Positions 37,849-49,610 of a stretch of DNA of 64,000 nt are shown piece after piece (positions within the stretch are counted from its first letter, which is position 1; each line of letters starts with the position of its first letter). The stretch spans positions 24,738,001 to 24,802,000 of the forward strand of contig OZ024752.1 of the NCBI GenBank assembly GCA_964016885.1. The letters are read 5' to 3'. Source of the DNA: Eledone cirrhosa. Its lineage: Eukaryota. The position numbers were made by a program, and so were the translations under genes. A model generated the notes under the pieces. It saw only the letters and a list, made by a program, of their open reading frames with translations, searched no databases and was not told the origin of the DNA.

Positions 37849-38868
37849 ATCATCATCATCATCATCACCGTTTTACGTCCGTTCTTCCACGCTAGCATGG
37901 GTTAGACGGGTTGTCCTGTTGTGGGCAGTGTCTGGTCGGCTGACCATGCCTTGCTCATACAGGAACTGATCTGGCTTGATTTCTACAGCTGGATGCCCTT
38001 CCTAACACCAACCTCATTTACAGTGAGTGCTGGGTGCTTTTTTGTGGCGCCTACACGTCCACTTTACAGTGTGGGCTGGGTGCTTTTTTGTCGTGGCACC
38101 TCCACGACCACCTTGCGGTGGGGGGGGGCATATTGTTTATATGCTTCAGCATGTACCCATGGGAGGTCGGGTACCCTGTATTACTGCGTGACGCCAGAAG
38201 TCACGGTCGTGTGTCATTGACTTTGAGAGGTGTAGTTGGGTAAGGTTGGCTTTTATCACCTCATCCCAAGTCATCTTGGGTCTCCCCACTCCGCGGTTTC
38301 CATCAACTTCTAGTGCTCTGCACCTTTTTATGCAGCTGTCATCCTTCATACGCATCACATGTCCATACCAGCGTAACCGCCTCTCCTGCACGCAGCATTT
38401 GATTCCTCTTATGCTCAGTCTCTCTCTCAATTCCTTTATGCTTTGTCGTTCACGTATATTACTGTTACACATCCATCGGAGCATGCAGGCTTCGTTTCTC
38501 TCTAATCTACGTAAGTCTTCCACCTTCAGCGCCCAGGTCTCACTACCATGCAACATCGCTGTTCGGATACACGCATCATACAGTCTGCCTTTCATTCTGA
38601 GGGAGAAGCCTTTTGCAGCTAGCAGTGGTAGTAGTTCCCTAAACTTCTTCCATCCCGTTCTTACCCTAGTTATTGTACTTTCTGAGCACCCACCTCCGTT
38701 GCTAATTCGGTCACCTAGGTAGCAGAAGCTGTCTACTGTTTCTACAGGGCCCTCCCAGAGATTGGTGGTACTTGTTTCCTGTGGCTGTTTGCTTGCTGTT
38801 TCAGCACAGCTGCTGCATGTGAATCCTACATTCTTAATTAAGCTTCCTGAGATCCCGCTACATCTCAC
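37849..38868 (-). mobile_element. RTE LINE 3' fragment
   Basis: 240-aa ORF with FCYLGD, MLHGSETW, RRLRWYGHVMR; (CAT)n tail at 37849. Confidence 0.9.
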
Positions 38869-38969
38869 GCTATATATATGTGAATGTATGTGTGTAGAAA
38901 TTTGTGTCCATGTATATGTTTGTATATAAGTATTTGATTTATTTATTATGTATGTGTGTATATGTACGT

Positions 38970-39592
38970 CATGTTCATCAACATCATCAATGTTTTTATG
39001 TCTGTTTTACATACTCGCTTGGTTGGACAGGTCCTTCTCAACATGGCATATTTCCACTTGTCATGTTCCTTTGTCATCTGTGTGAAGTCACTTCACACAG
39101 CTTCTGTCCAGGTCTTTCTTGGTCTACCTCTACTATGGCTCTACCTCTACTGGGATTTCCTGGCACTTCATCACCCAGCGGTCATTATCCATGTGCATCA
39201 CATATCCATACAAACACAGTCTTCTCTCTTACACACCACTTCAGATGACTCTTAAACCCAGCTTCTTCTTGAACTTGTCCAAGCTCTGCCTTTCTCTAAC
39301 ACTTACATAACATATCCTACAAAGCATGGTTGCTTCATTTCTCTCCAGGCTACATATCCTCTGCAGTCACAGCCCTTGTTTTGTTACCATACATCATTGC
39401 ACCTCACCCACATGTGCCATACATACAGTCGTCCTTTTGTACAGAGAGAGAAACCTTTTGTGGTCAACTGTTGCAGTAGCTCTCTAAACTTTTTTCATTC
39501 TATCCTTATTCTAGCTATTCATCTTTCAGAGCAGCCCCCTCCACTGTTAGTTAAGTCACCTAGATTGCAAAGGCTATCAACCACTTCTATGT
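38970..39592 (-). mobile_element. Older RTE LINE 3' fragment
   Basis: Degenerate homolog of 37849-38868 and 6990-7790. Confidence 0.72.
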
Positions 39593-40562
39593 GTGTCTAA
39601 TCTATATATATATAAATGCAAGTTTATGATTCTGTGTGTCTGCCTAAAACTAGCAAACTACCGGACCAAACTCTTCAAAATTACATGTACATATTCACTA
39701 TACACTCGGACAGCTAACGGTCGAAAAAGTTTTACTTTGCAAAGCAAGGAATTCATTTAAAATCAATTTATCTTATTTTCTAATGAATAGCAAAGGAGAT
39801 CATCCATTTTTTTTTTTTGTTCTCCAGTCTGTAGATAAGAGAGTGAGGGATGGGAGAGAAAGAGAGAGAGAGTGAGTGGATGGGAGAGAGAAAGAGAGTA
39901 AGGGATGAGAGAGAAAGAGAGAGTGAGTGGATGGGAGAGAGAGAGAGTAAGAGGATGTGAGAGAGAAAGAAAGAGAGTAAGGGATGAGAGAGTAAAGGGA
40001 TGTGAAAGAGAAAGAAAGAGAGTAAGGGGATCAGAGAGAAAGACGATGAAAGAGAGAGAGGGGAAAGTAATCAGCGTTCTTAACTTTTATTTATTTATTA
40101 TTTTTACACACTTCTTAACTCTCCCGCTTCCTTAACGTTATTTATCTTTTCTTTATTTTTTGTTCTCTATTCTGTAGAGAGAGGGGGGATGTGAGAGAGA
40201 AAAAGGCAGAGAGAGTAATGGGATGGGAGAGAGAGAGAGGGAAAGCAGTTAGCGTTCATTAACTTTTATTTATTTATTATTTTTACACACTTTTTAACTC
40301 TCCCAATGTTATTTATCTTTTATTTATTTTTTGTTCGTTATTCTGTAGAGGATGAGAGAGAGAAAGAAAGAGATGGGGAGAGAAAGACGATGAGAAAAGA
40401 TGGGAGAGAGAAAAAAAGTAAAGAGGCAGGTGATTGGAGGGATTCTTTACCTAACGTGTGTCCGCGTTTATATATATATTTACACACGTGTGTGTTATGG
40501 GGGGGGCGTTCTTTAGCAGACGATATATGTTACCATCAAAGCTTATTTTCTACATATGTATC

Positions 40563-40950
40563 TGTAGAGGGTCGGACGCCATGCTTTCCAGCATAGTTAC
40601 GTCCCTTTACGATCTGAGTTCAAATCCCGCCGAGGTTGACTTTGCCTTTCATCCTTACGGGGTCGATAAAATAAAGTACCAGTAATGCACTGTGTAATTG
40701 CTGGCCTTGTGCCTAAAGTAGAAACAATTATTTGAATATATTATTTTCCGCTGTTATAAGGCGGTAGATTGGCAGTATCGGTAGAGGGTCGGACACCATG
40801 CTTTGCAGCAAAGAGTTACGGCCCTGTATGGTCTGAGTTCGAATCCCGCCGAGGTTAACTTTGCCTTTCATCCTTATGGGGTCGATAAAATAAAGTACCA
40901 GTAATACACTGAGATAATTGCTGGCCTTGTGTCAAAAGTAGAAACAATTA
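40563..40950 (+). mobile_element. Two tandem SINE family 1 copies
   Basis: 40563-40730 and full-length 40758-40950; the latter is flanked by the direct repeat attattttccgctgttat. Confidence 0.88.
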
Positions 40951-41196
40951 TTTTCCGCTGTTATTTGAATTAACACAGAAAATATTTTTTTCGTAGTGTT
41001 TGTCGTTTTTTGGGGGGGGAGGGGATAAAAAATGATAAATTCAGAATACAATCTGAAATCACAATATTTTCTACATATGTCTAAAATTAATTACACCTAA
41101 TATACATTCATATAAAGAGATAATTTAAAACAACTTTACTGAGTGAACAATACATTCTATAGTTGTTTCTATTTCGGAAAGAGTGTGGTGTGTAAT

Positions 41197-41262
41197 AATT
41201 GTTTCTACTTTTGACACAAGGCCAGCAATTATTCCAGTGCATTACTGGTACTTTATTTTATT
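41197..41262 (-). mobile_element. SINE family 1 3' fragment with 17-bp TSD
   Basis: Flanked by gtgtggtgtgtaataat at 41183 and 41263. Confidence 0.8.
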
Positions 41263-41289
41263 GTGTGGTGTGTAATAATATCACTTCAA

Positions 41290-44200
41290 ATGCCTAGAAA
41301 AAGTTCCAGATCATTATATGGAAGGTCATCTTCAGAGGCTAAGAGAAAGAAAACACAGCGATCTGAAGAAAGTGAAGAAGTTCGGCATGCCCATCTAGCT
41401 GCTAACAGAGCCCAAACAGCTTTACCACAAGCACACTGTTTGGATGAAAGGGAACAAAGGACTGTTGCTACACGAGAACAACAAATTAAGGAACAGCAGC
41501 AAATCAGACGAAATGCTAATCAAGCACATCGTTCTGCTGCCCGAGCAGGAGAACAAGCCCCAAGTAAAATGAACTGGCTGATGGGTGCTTTTTCTTATGA
41601 CCCTCAAAAGGACTACAGCAGTAATCCACAAATCAACATTGGGAAAATGAACAAATGCTGCCAGTATTGTGGTGCCAAGTAGTGGGCAGCAGAAACACCA
41701 AGTCTATGCTGCTCAAAAGGCAAAGTGAGCCTTAAAACAATACAAGAACCTCCTGAATTTCTGAAGAATCTGCTCCTTCAGCATACACCAGAAGCATGAC
41801 ACTTCAAAAAATACATCATACAATATAATTCTGCCTTTCAAATGACATCTTTTGGGGCTGACAGGAATGTGATTAACTTTAGATTCTGTACAGCTTATAA
41901 AATTCAGGGACAGTGTTACCACTTAATGGGTGGCCTTCTGCCACTTTCACAGGAACCTCACAAATTACTGCAGGTTTACTTCATGGGTGGAAATGAAACG
42001 CAGGCACAACAAAGATCTACCAATGTCCATGGTGGATTGCAGTTCTAGATAATAATAAAGTTACAAGAAATGCTTCACCAACATCACATGTACGTAAGTG
42101 TATTTAAATATGCACTGTGGCATATGAACAACACCAGAGATCGTAAAATCATCATTAGGGCAGACAAATGCCCAGCTTCAGAACATGAACGCAGATTCAA
42201 TGCACCTGTCACTGATTAAGTTGCAATCATAATGGTTGATGAACAGCATGAACGACGTGACATTGTTTTGCAAAAACAAAGTGGACATTTGGAGCAAATT
42301 TGTGAAACTCATAGAGCCTATGATTCACTCCAATATCCGCTCATCTTTTGGAATGGTCAAGAAGAATATCATTTTCAGCTACGGCAGATCAGCCCAGGAA
42401 CGGGACAAGAGACTGGCCGATCAATCAGCTGCAAAGAATTCTATGCTTATCATTTCATGGTACGTGATTTCTTCAACCAAGTTCTGCGATTCAAAGAAGT
42501 AACCAGCCAGTTCATGGTGGACATGTATGCCAAAATTGAAACAGAGAGATTGGGTTTTCTGCGAAGGAATCAAACTAAGTTGAGGGCAGATAACTACATC
42601 CACCTTAGAGATGCCATCAATTCTGATGTTGACCCACAAAATATTAGCCAGCCAGTCATACTACCATCAAGCTTCACGAGAGGACTACGTTACATGCATG
42701 AATGTACGCAAGATGCAATGGCCTATGTCATAAAATTTATTCTACCAGATCTCTTCATTACATTTACATGCAATTCAAACAGGTCGGAAATATCAAATGA
42801 ATTATTTCAAAATCAAAAACCAAAGGATCGACATGACCTCATTGCTCGGGTTTTCCATGAAAAGCAAAATAAACTCATCTGGCTCCTAAAAGAAGGAAGA
42901 ATCTTTGGTGAGCTTAGTGCTTGGATGACCACTATTGAGTGGCAGAAGAGAGGTCTTCCTCACTCTCACACACTAATCTGGTGCAAGAAGATAAGACCAG
43001 ATGATGTTGATAAGATCATTTCAGCAGAGTTGCCTGATAAAGGTGGTGATCCAGAACTCTTTGAATCCATCAAGTCCAAACTCATTCATGGTCCATGTGG
43101 AGTCATCAATCCAGCCTCTCCTGCATGAAAGATAAAAAATGCAGCAAGCTAGAGCTTTTATTCGGGAAACTCGGATTGACAATAATGGATCCTCCTTTTA
43201 TCATAGGCGTATACCAGAACATGGAGGCAATATTGCAAGCCTAACAGTTCGAGGAGAGGAGCTGACCATAAACAATCAGTGGGTCGTCCCACACAACAAA
43301 TTGTTGTGTAAACTTTTAAAAGCTCATATCAATGTTGAGTATTGCAAGGCAATCCTATATGTCACAAAATATATCAACAAGGGCAGTGACATGCCTACCT
43401 TTATTACTGACAAAGAACTCAATGATGGAGTCCTATATGCTGAAGTCCCAACATACTACAACTGGACCAATTGCAAGACCTGGAATAGAAGGAAGAAGGG
43501 TCATTTAGTGGAAGGTCTTGAAGACAAGTCAAGTGATGCTCTTGGGCGTGTTTACAACATCCATCCCAACAACAGAGAATGTTTTTATTTATGGCTACTT
43601 CTGCATACTGTTCGAGGACCAACGTCATTTGAGGATCTTAGGTGCTTCAGAGGAAGGGAGTGCGCAACATACCAAGTAGCATGTAAACAGCATGGACTCC
43701 TGCATGACAATGGACACTGGAAGAAGTGCCTAGAAGAAGCAGCAATCATTCAAGTAGCCAGTCAAATAAGACAATTATTTGCTATTATGCTCACAGCATG
43801 TGGAATTGATGAAGCTCATCTACTCTGGCAGGAGTACAAAAAAATATGTCGGACGACTATCTACACCTAGCCCGAAGACATCATGGCAATATGTATATGG
43901 AATATACCCCCAGGATTTAGAATCAAGCTCTCTGCGACCTGTCCCATCGAGTTCAGGCAATGAATGGCACTTTAGCTAACTGCGGGATGCCAGAGCCGGA
44001 GGTAGCACAAGACATTTTTCAGGAGACAAACTACGATATTCAAGCATTGCGTAAGTTTGTGGATGAAAATGAACCTCGATTGATGGATGACCAGAAATAC
44101 GCCTACCACAACATCATCGAAAACAATCAAAATGACAGGGGAGGACTTTTTTTCATTGATGCTCTTTCTGGCACAGGCAAGACATTCCTCATAAACCTCC

Positions 44201-45434
44201 TGCTTGCAAAAGTTCGCCAAAAGCAGCATATTGCCCTTGCTGTGACTTCAAGTGGCATTGCAGTAACACTGCTGGATGGAGGAAGAACTGCACACTCCAT
44301 ATGTTTAAGCTGCCCATAGATCTCACACGGCATGAACAATATTTTTGCAACATCAAGAACTCACCCAAGGGCAAGCTTCTGCAAACATGCAAGATGATAA
44401 TTTGGGATGAAGCTACTATGAGCCATAAAGGAGCAATTGAAGCTTTGGACCGAACGATAAGGGATCTGAGAGAAAATAGTTGCATAATGGGAGGAGTGAC
44501 AATGGTTCTTGCTGGTGATTTCAGACAAACTCTGTCTGTAATTCTTCGAGGGACTCGAGGTGATCAGGTCAATGCCTGTCTGAAAACATCCTATGTCTGA
44601 CCCCACTTTCAGCTGCTGAGCCTTACAACCAACAAGCGAGTGCACTTAACTGGTGACGAAGGTGTCAGTGAGTTTGCCATCCAACTACTTAAATTGGGAA
44701 ATCGTCTTCTTGAAAAGGACTCCAATGACCATATTCAATTGTCATTTGGCCATATCATTGACACAGAACAAGAACTGATTGCCAGAGTGTTCCAAACATT
44801 CAGACCAGGCAATGTGATCCGAAATGGCTCTGTGAACGAGCAATCTTAGCACCTAAAAATGTTGCTGTGAAAGAAATCAACAGAAGGCTGCTGGAGATGT
44901 TACCGGGAGAAAATATGCTACAAATCAGTTGACACAATCACTTCTCAAGACCAGGTTGTAAACTATCCAACTGAATTTTTGAAAAGTCTTGAACAAGCGG
45001 AAATTCTTCCACACAACCTGATACTGAAGCTTGGAGCATCGGTTATGCTACTTTGCAATCTGGATCCTCCAAAACTTTGTAATGGCACAAGACTCATCAT
45101 CAAAAATATTATGTCCAATGTTCTAGAAGTTGCAGTCATGTCAGGAAAATTTGCTGGTGACAATTGTTTCATTCCCAGAATACCACTGAAGCCAACTGAT
45201 TTGCCATTTGAATTTCAAAGACTTCAATTTCCAATCAGGCTCAGTTTTGCCATGACCATTAATAAATCTCAAGGGCAATCATTAAAAGTCATTGGATTGA
45301 ATCTGGCAGATCCTGTCTTTTCACATGGTCAACTCTATGTTGGCACATCAAGGGTTGGGAACCCTGATTGTCTCTTCATTGTGGCACCACAGTGCAAAAC
45401 CAAGAATGTTGTTTATCCAGAGGCTTTGGAATGA
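41290..45434 (+). pseudogene. Helitron RepHel (HUH Rep + PIF1-family helicase), disrupted
   Basis: CQYC..CC zinc motif, LQYPLIF, PDLFITFTCN, IEWQKRGLPHSH, YVTKYINKG, GTGKT, IIWDEA, GDFRQ, AMTINKSQGQS, HGQLYVGTSR; several stops and frameshifts. Confidence 0.95.
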
Positions 45435-46227
45435 GCAATGTCGTAATTCCTCATTCAATGACAATACACACAGATCCTGATTCCTTAGTCATGTAGTTTG
45501 CAAGGAATTCTGAAGCTGCAAATTTACTGCATGGTGTTACTTTGGAAGAATATGGAGGCATTCCTGGGTACCTCTGCTATATAAAGTAGTATAAGTGAGG
45601 ACTTTGTTGGGTAGAAATAGCAGCCAAATTTCCTTCAAATCCCACCTTACTTTCTCAGGTATGTATATATGTATGAAGCAAAAAGGAATGGTTCTATGTG
45701 ATAACTCGTTCTACTAGAAATATTAGCAAAATCCATTTCAAATCACAAACAACTGTCTTACACACATACATGTGTGTATATATGTATGTCATGTGAGCCA
45801 CTATAACTGTTGGTATAGCTAATAGAAATAGAAAACGAATATCCCTCAAACAAGATCCTACTGCCATAGAAGCCAAAGATTGGGGAAAGCTAAAGTGTAC
45901 AAATTTAAATACACTTTCCCAGAATTACAGAAATGAGTAAGTAAATGCTTTATTCAATCATAAACCAATGCTAAATTTATTATCTTATTTTATTTATGGT
46001 TTTTAAAATAGACTTTACATGTTTTCAGAGGTTCAGATTGAGCAAAAAAAAAAAAGAAAGAAAGAAGAGAATAAAAAAAAAATCTAAATGAATTTTTTTG
46101 GTCATGCCCTTTTCACTGACAACATACCTAATGATTCATCTATGAGTACAGCATTATATATGCTGACTGTAATAGGGAGCAGTATTAAAAAAATCACCAC
46201 TGGTAAAACTAATATTTTTATCTAGAT

Positions 46228-47696
46228 CAGCGGTTCCCAACCTTTTATAATAAATTCCACCTTAATGATATAGCAAAACAGTATGGCCCCCCCAAAAAAA
46301 ATTTTTGATATAATTTTTTTATGTAGAAATAATTTTGGCATGTCTTTTTATTTCAATCAAATCATTTTAAATTTATTATAAACCCTTTTTCGACAAAAAA
46401 CATTAAAATAAGAACATATTATTTAATTTCAAAATACAAATTAATGAGATTTCTGATTTCCTTTTCTGACATTGAGAAATTCACTAAAATAAATAAAAAA
46501 TAAATAATGAAAAGTACTTTAAAATAGTCAAAATAATTTTGTCAATGAGAAATTTACTAAAATAAATAATATATATCCTGTTATAAAAATAAGTTTCTTT
46601 ACTAAGTTTATTTACTAAAACATAAATTGTTATATCCAGATTTAAATAATTATCAAGTGAAGTAAAATCATAGTTAGAAAAGGTAGAAAGTTGATAAAAA
46701 GTTGAATATTAAAAATTTGAAGAAAAAGAAAAAAAATTATGTTAGGAAACTACTATTCTTTTTTATGTATGAAATTTTGTGATTTTTAGTTAATTTTTCC
46801 CTTGCAACTTTAAATTCAAACTATTGAGTATGTCGAAAATGCCAACAAGATAAGCAAGAAGAAGATCAAATTGATCATGTTGAAATTTTTCCAGAATATC
46901 TTGCTTCTTTTGCTCTTCAACAAACTTTTTCACCACATTGCGAAGTGAGAAAAACCTTCCCAAAAATTGACCAGCTGACAACCAATGGGCACCTGTGTAG
47001 TAAAGAAGATTTGTATGCTTTGTTCCCAGGTCATCACAAAGTTGTTTGAACAAACGAGTATTCAGAGCTGATCATTTGATAAAATTTACAATTTTGACAA
47101 TGTCTTTGAAGAAATTATTTAATTTTTGAGGCAATGATTTTGATGCAAGGGCTTCTCTGTGTATGAAGCAATGTACTCCTACTACTTGTGGTGCTTTAGC
47201 TTTTACCAGTGTTTGAAAACCAGACCTTGATTCAAGCATTGCTGGTGCTCCATCTGTTGTTATGCCTATGAGATGTTGCCAAAGAATTCCACGCTTGTCA
47301 ATAAATGTAGAAATTGATTCCATGATATCAACTGCTTTCGTTGTGCCCTCCAGCGAATGACAGTAAAGAAACTCTTCTTTCATATGACCATTAAACAAAT
47401 AGCGGCAGAAGACTAGGAGTTGAGAACACATGGCAACATCAGTTGATTCATCAAGCTGCAATGCAAACGCGAACACATGGAAACATCAGTTGATTCATCA
47501 AGCTGCAATGCAAACCATGCCTTCTTTTGTTGAGCAATCAGATAAGCAACACGATAGCAAGAAAAAGAAAAAATTGTTAGGAACTACTCTTCTTTTTTAT
47601 GTATGAAATTTTGTGATTTTTAGTTAATTGCCGTGGCTCCCCCAATAACTTGCTATGGCCCACTGGTGGGCCATGGCCCCCTGGTTGGAACCAATG
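46228..47696 (-). mobile_element. hAT (Charlie/Buster-type) DNA transposon, internally deleted
   Basis: TIRs CAGCGGTTCCCAACC / GGTTGGAACCAATG; perfect 8-bp TSD ATCTAGAT (46220-27, 47697-704); transposase pieces FALQLDESTD, TTDGAPAM, HCFIHREAL, WLS. Confidence 0.93.
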
Positions 47697-48159
47697 ATCT
47701 AGATGATTTACTTTGACCAAACGGCAATAAATATTCTGCTATAATTCCTACTTTGGTTAAAATACATCAATCATATTTGAATAGTCAAATATTTTGTAAT
47801 GTGTGCCAAATATATTGTAACTTTCATAAAATACCCGGGTATCACCGGGTAGCTCAGCTAGTTACTTATATAATTAAGCCTGACATTTCCACCACTAAAG
47901 ATTTACCTCCCTTTTTGACAATATGAAACTCTCCTCTGTTTAGGGTGAAAATTGTTGGAGGAAAGAACTTTTTAATATATTTGTCAGCATGCATAATGAA
48001 GGGTCTGTTTGGAAGTGCCTCCCCTAATAAACAGTGGTGCCATAACTGGACTCAGAAACCAATGGTCACACATACGTGGTAAGTTAGCTAAGAACGTAGG
48101 TTTTACAAGGGGTCACTGTGCTGGAGCAGTAAGCAGCAATCACTTTTAGGAGACAAGCT

Positions 48160-49510
48160 CTATTAAACATTTAAAGTGTTCCATAGAAGCAGTTGACAGT
48201 TTCTGTTACCTGGGGTATCAAATAAGCAGTGGAGGTAGGTGTTCTGAAAGTACAGTAACAAGAGTGAAAACAAGATGGCAGAGGTTTAGGGTGCTACTAC
48301 TACTGCTGGCTACAAAAGTTTGTTTCATCAAATTGATGTCTGCATATGAACAGCAAAGCTGCATTGCAGTGAGATGTGGGCGGTGTGTGCAGAAGACCTC
48401 TGAAGATTGGAGAGAAATGAAGCTTGAATTCTCCAATGGATGTGTAATATTAATATACATGAAGGGGAAAGTGTAAATAAACTGATAGAGAACCTGGGTA
48501 TGAGAGGGATAAGATACAGTATGCAGGAGAGAAGATTGTTGTGGTATGGACATGTGATGTGTATGAAGGTAGAGATGCTGTATAAAAGGTTGACCGCTTG
48601 AAATTTATGGAAGAGGAAGACTTACGAAAGCTTGGGATGAGGAGGTAAAGAGTAGCCTGACACCATTGTACCTCTCAAAGGTGATGACACAGGATTGAAA
48701 TCTCTGGTGTTGTACAGTACTGCAGGAGACCTGCATTCCCATGTCCTCAGGATGAAGCAACATTTAGTGGTTTGAAGTATGCTCCAATTTTCCTCCTCTC
48801 CACATCTTAACACTCCACCCCCTTACCAGCTAAGTACACCACCCTGACCTACCTCTCCAATCCACACCCTACATACACACAACCCCACCCCCACTTTCAC
48901 ATCTGATACACCTCTTTTGACCATCCCATGTATACAAGTATGGAAAGCTTAACATACTCTCCTCCAATGCTGCTGAAATGGCTAAACCCTCAGGCAACCC
49001 TATACGGTGGTCATGCAGGTGTCATGACTAAAGAGCATTGAGTCCTCTCTGTTAGGTAATATGACAAAAGAGCACCTAACCCTCCCTGCAAGGTAGTCAT
49101 GCTGGTGATGTGACAAATAAGCACCCAGTCCACCCTGTGAGGTAGACATGACAGGAGGCCTCTAGCCTTCTCTGTAAAGTGGTCATGCTAGTGGCAAGAC
49201 TGAAGGCACCCGAACCACCCTTTGAAGTTGTCAAATTGGTGACACGACAAAGCACACCAAGTCTGCTCTGTTAGCTGGTGGTTGTCATGATGATGACAAC
49301 GAAAAGTACCCAGTCCATCCTGTAGGTTGGTCTTGTTAGCAACACAATAAATACCAAGTCCACCCTGTAAATGTGGTTGGAGTTAAGAAGAGCATCCAGG
49401 CGTAGAAACCAACCAGAAATGGTTCTTGAATGAGCAAGTTTTCACACAACAGGACAACTTGTCTAACCCATGCTAGCATGTAAAATGGAGTTTAAATTGT
49501 GATGAGGATA
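48160..49510 (+). mobile_element. Degenerate RTE LINE 3' portion with repetitive 3' UTR
   Basis: VDSFCYLG, GGCSEST, QERRLLWYGHVM remnants; 3' UTR is the reverse complement of other RTE tails in the window. Confidence 0.72.
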
Positions 49511-49610
49511 AATACAATATATAGTATACACGTATATATTATATTCTTTTATCCTTATACCTGTTCCAGCCATGCTGGGGCACCACCTTTGAGATATTTG
49601 TATATATATA

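Larger units (their letters stand above)
39601..47861 (+). mobile_element. Helitron with RepHel, possibly composite
   Basis: 5' A|TCTATATATATAT at 39601; 3' hairpin acccgg..ccgggt followed by CTAG|T at 47858-47861; a second decayed terminus near 45557-45580. Confidence 0.75.

Noticed and set aside
40758-40860. tRNA gene suggested by A- and B-boxes (also 29961, 11570)
   Set aside because: No complete cloverleaf; these continue into multi-copy SINE bodies.
44100-45434. Host PIF1 helicase gene
   Set aside because: Fused to HUH Rep motifs, intronless and bounded by Helitron termini.
46790-47476. Domesticated ZBED/SCAND3-like host gene
   Set aside because: Has TIRs, an 8-bp TSD, a stop codon and deletions, so it is a dead transposon.
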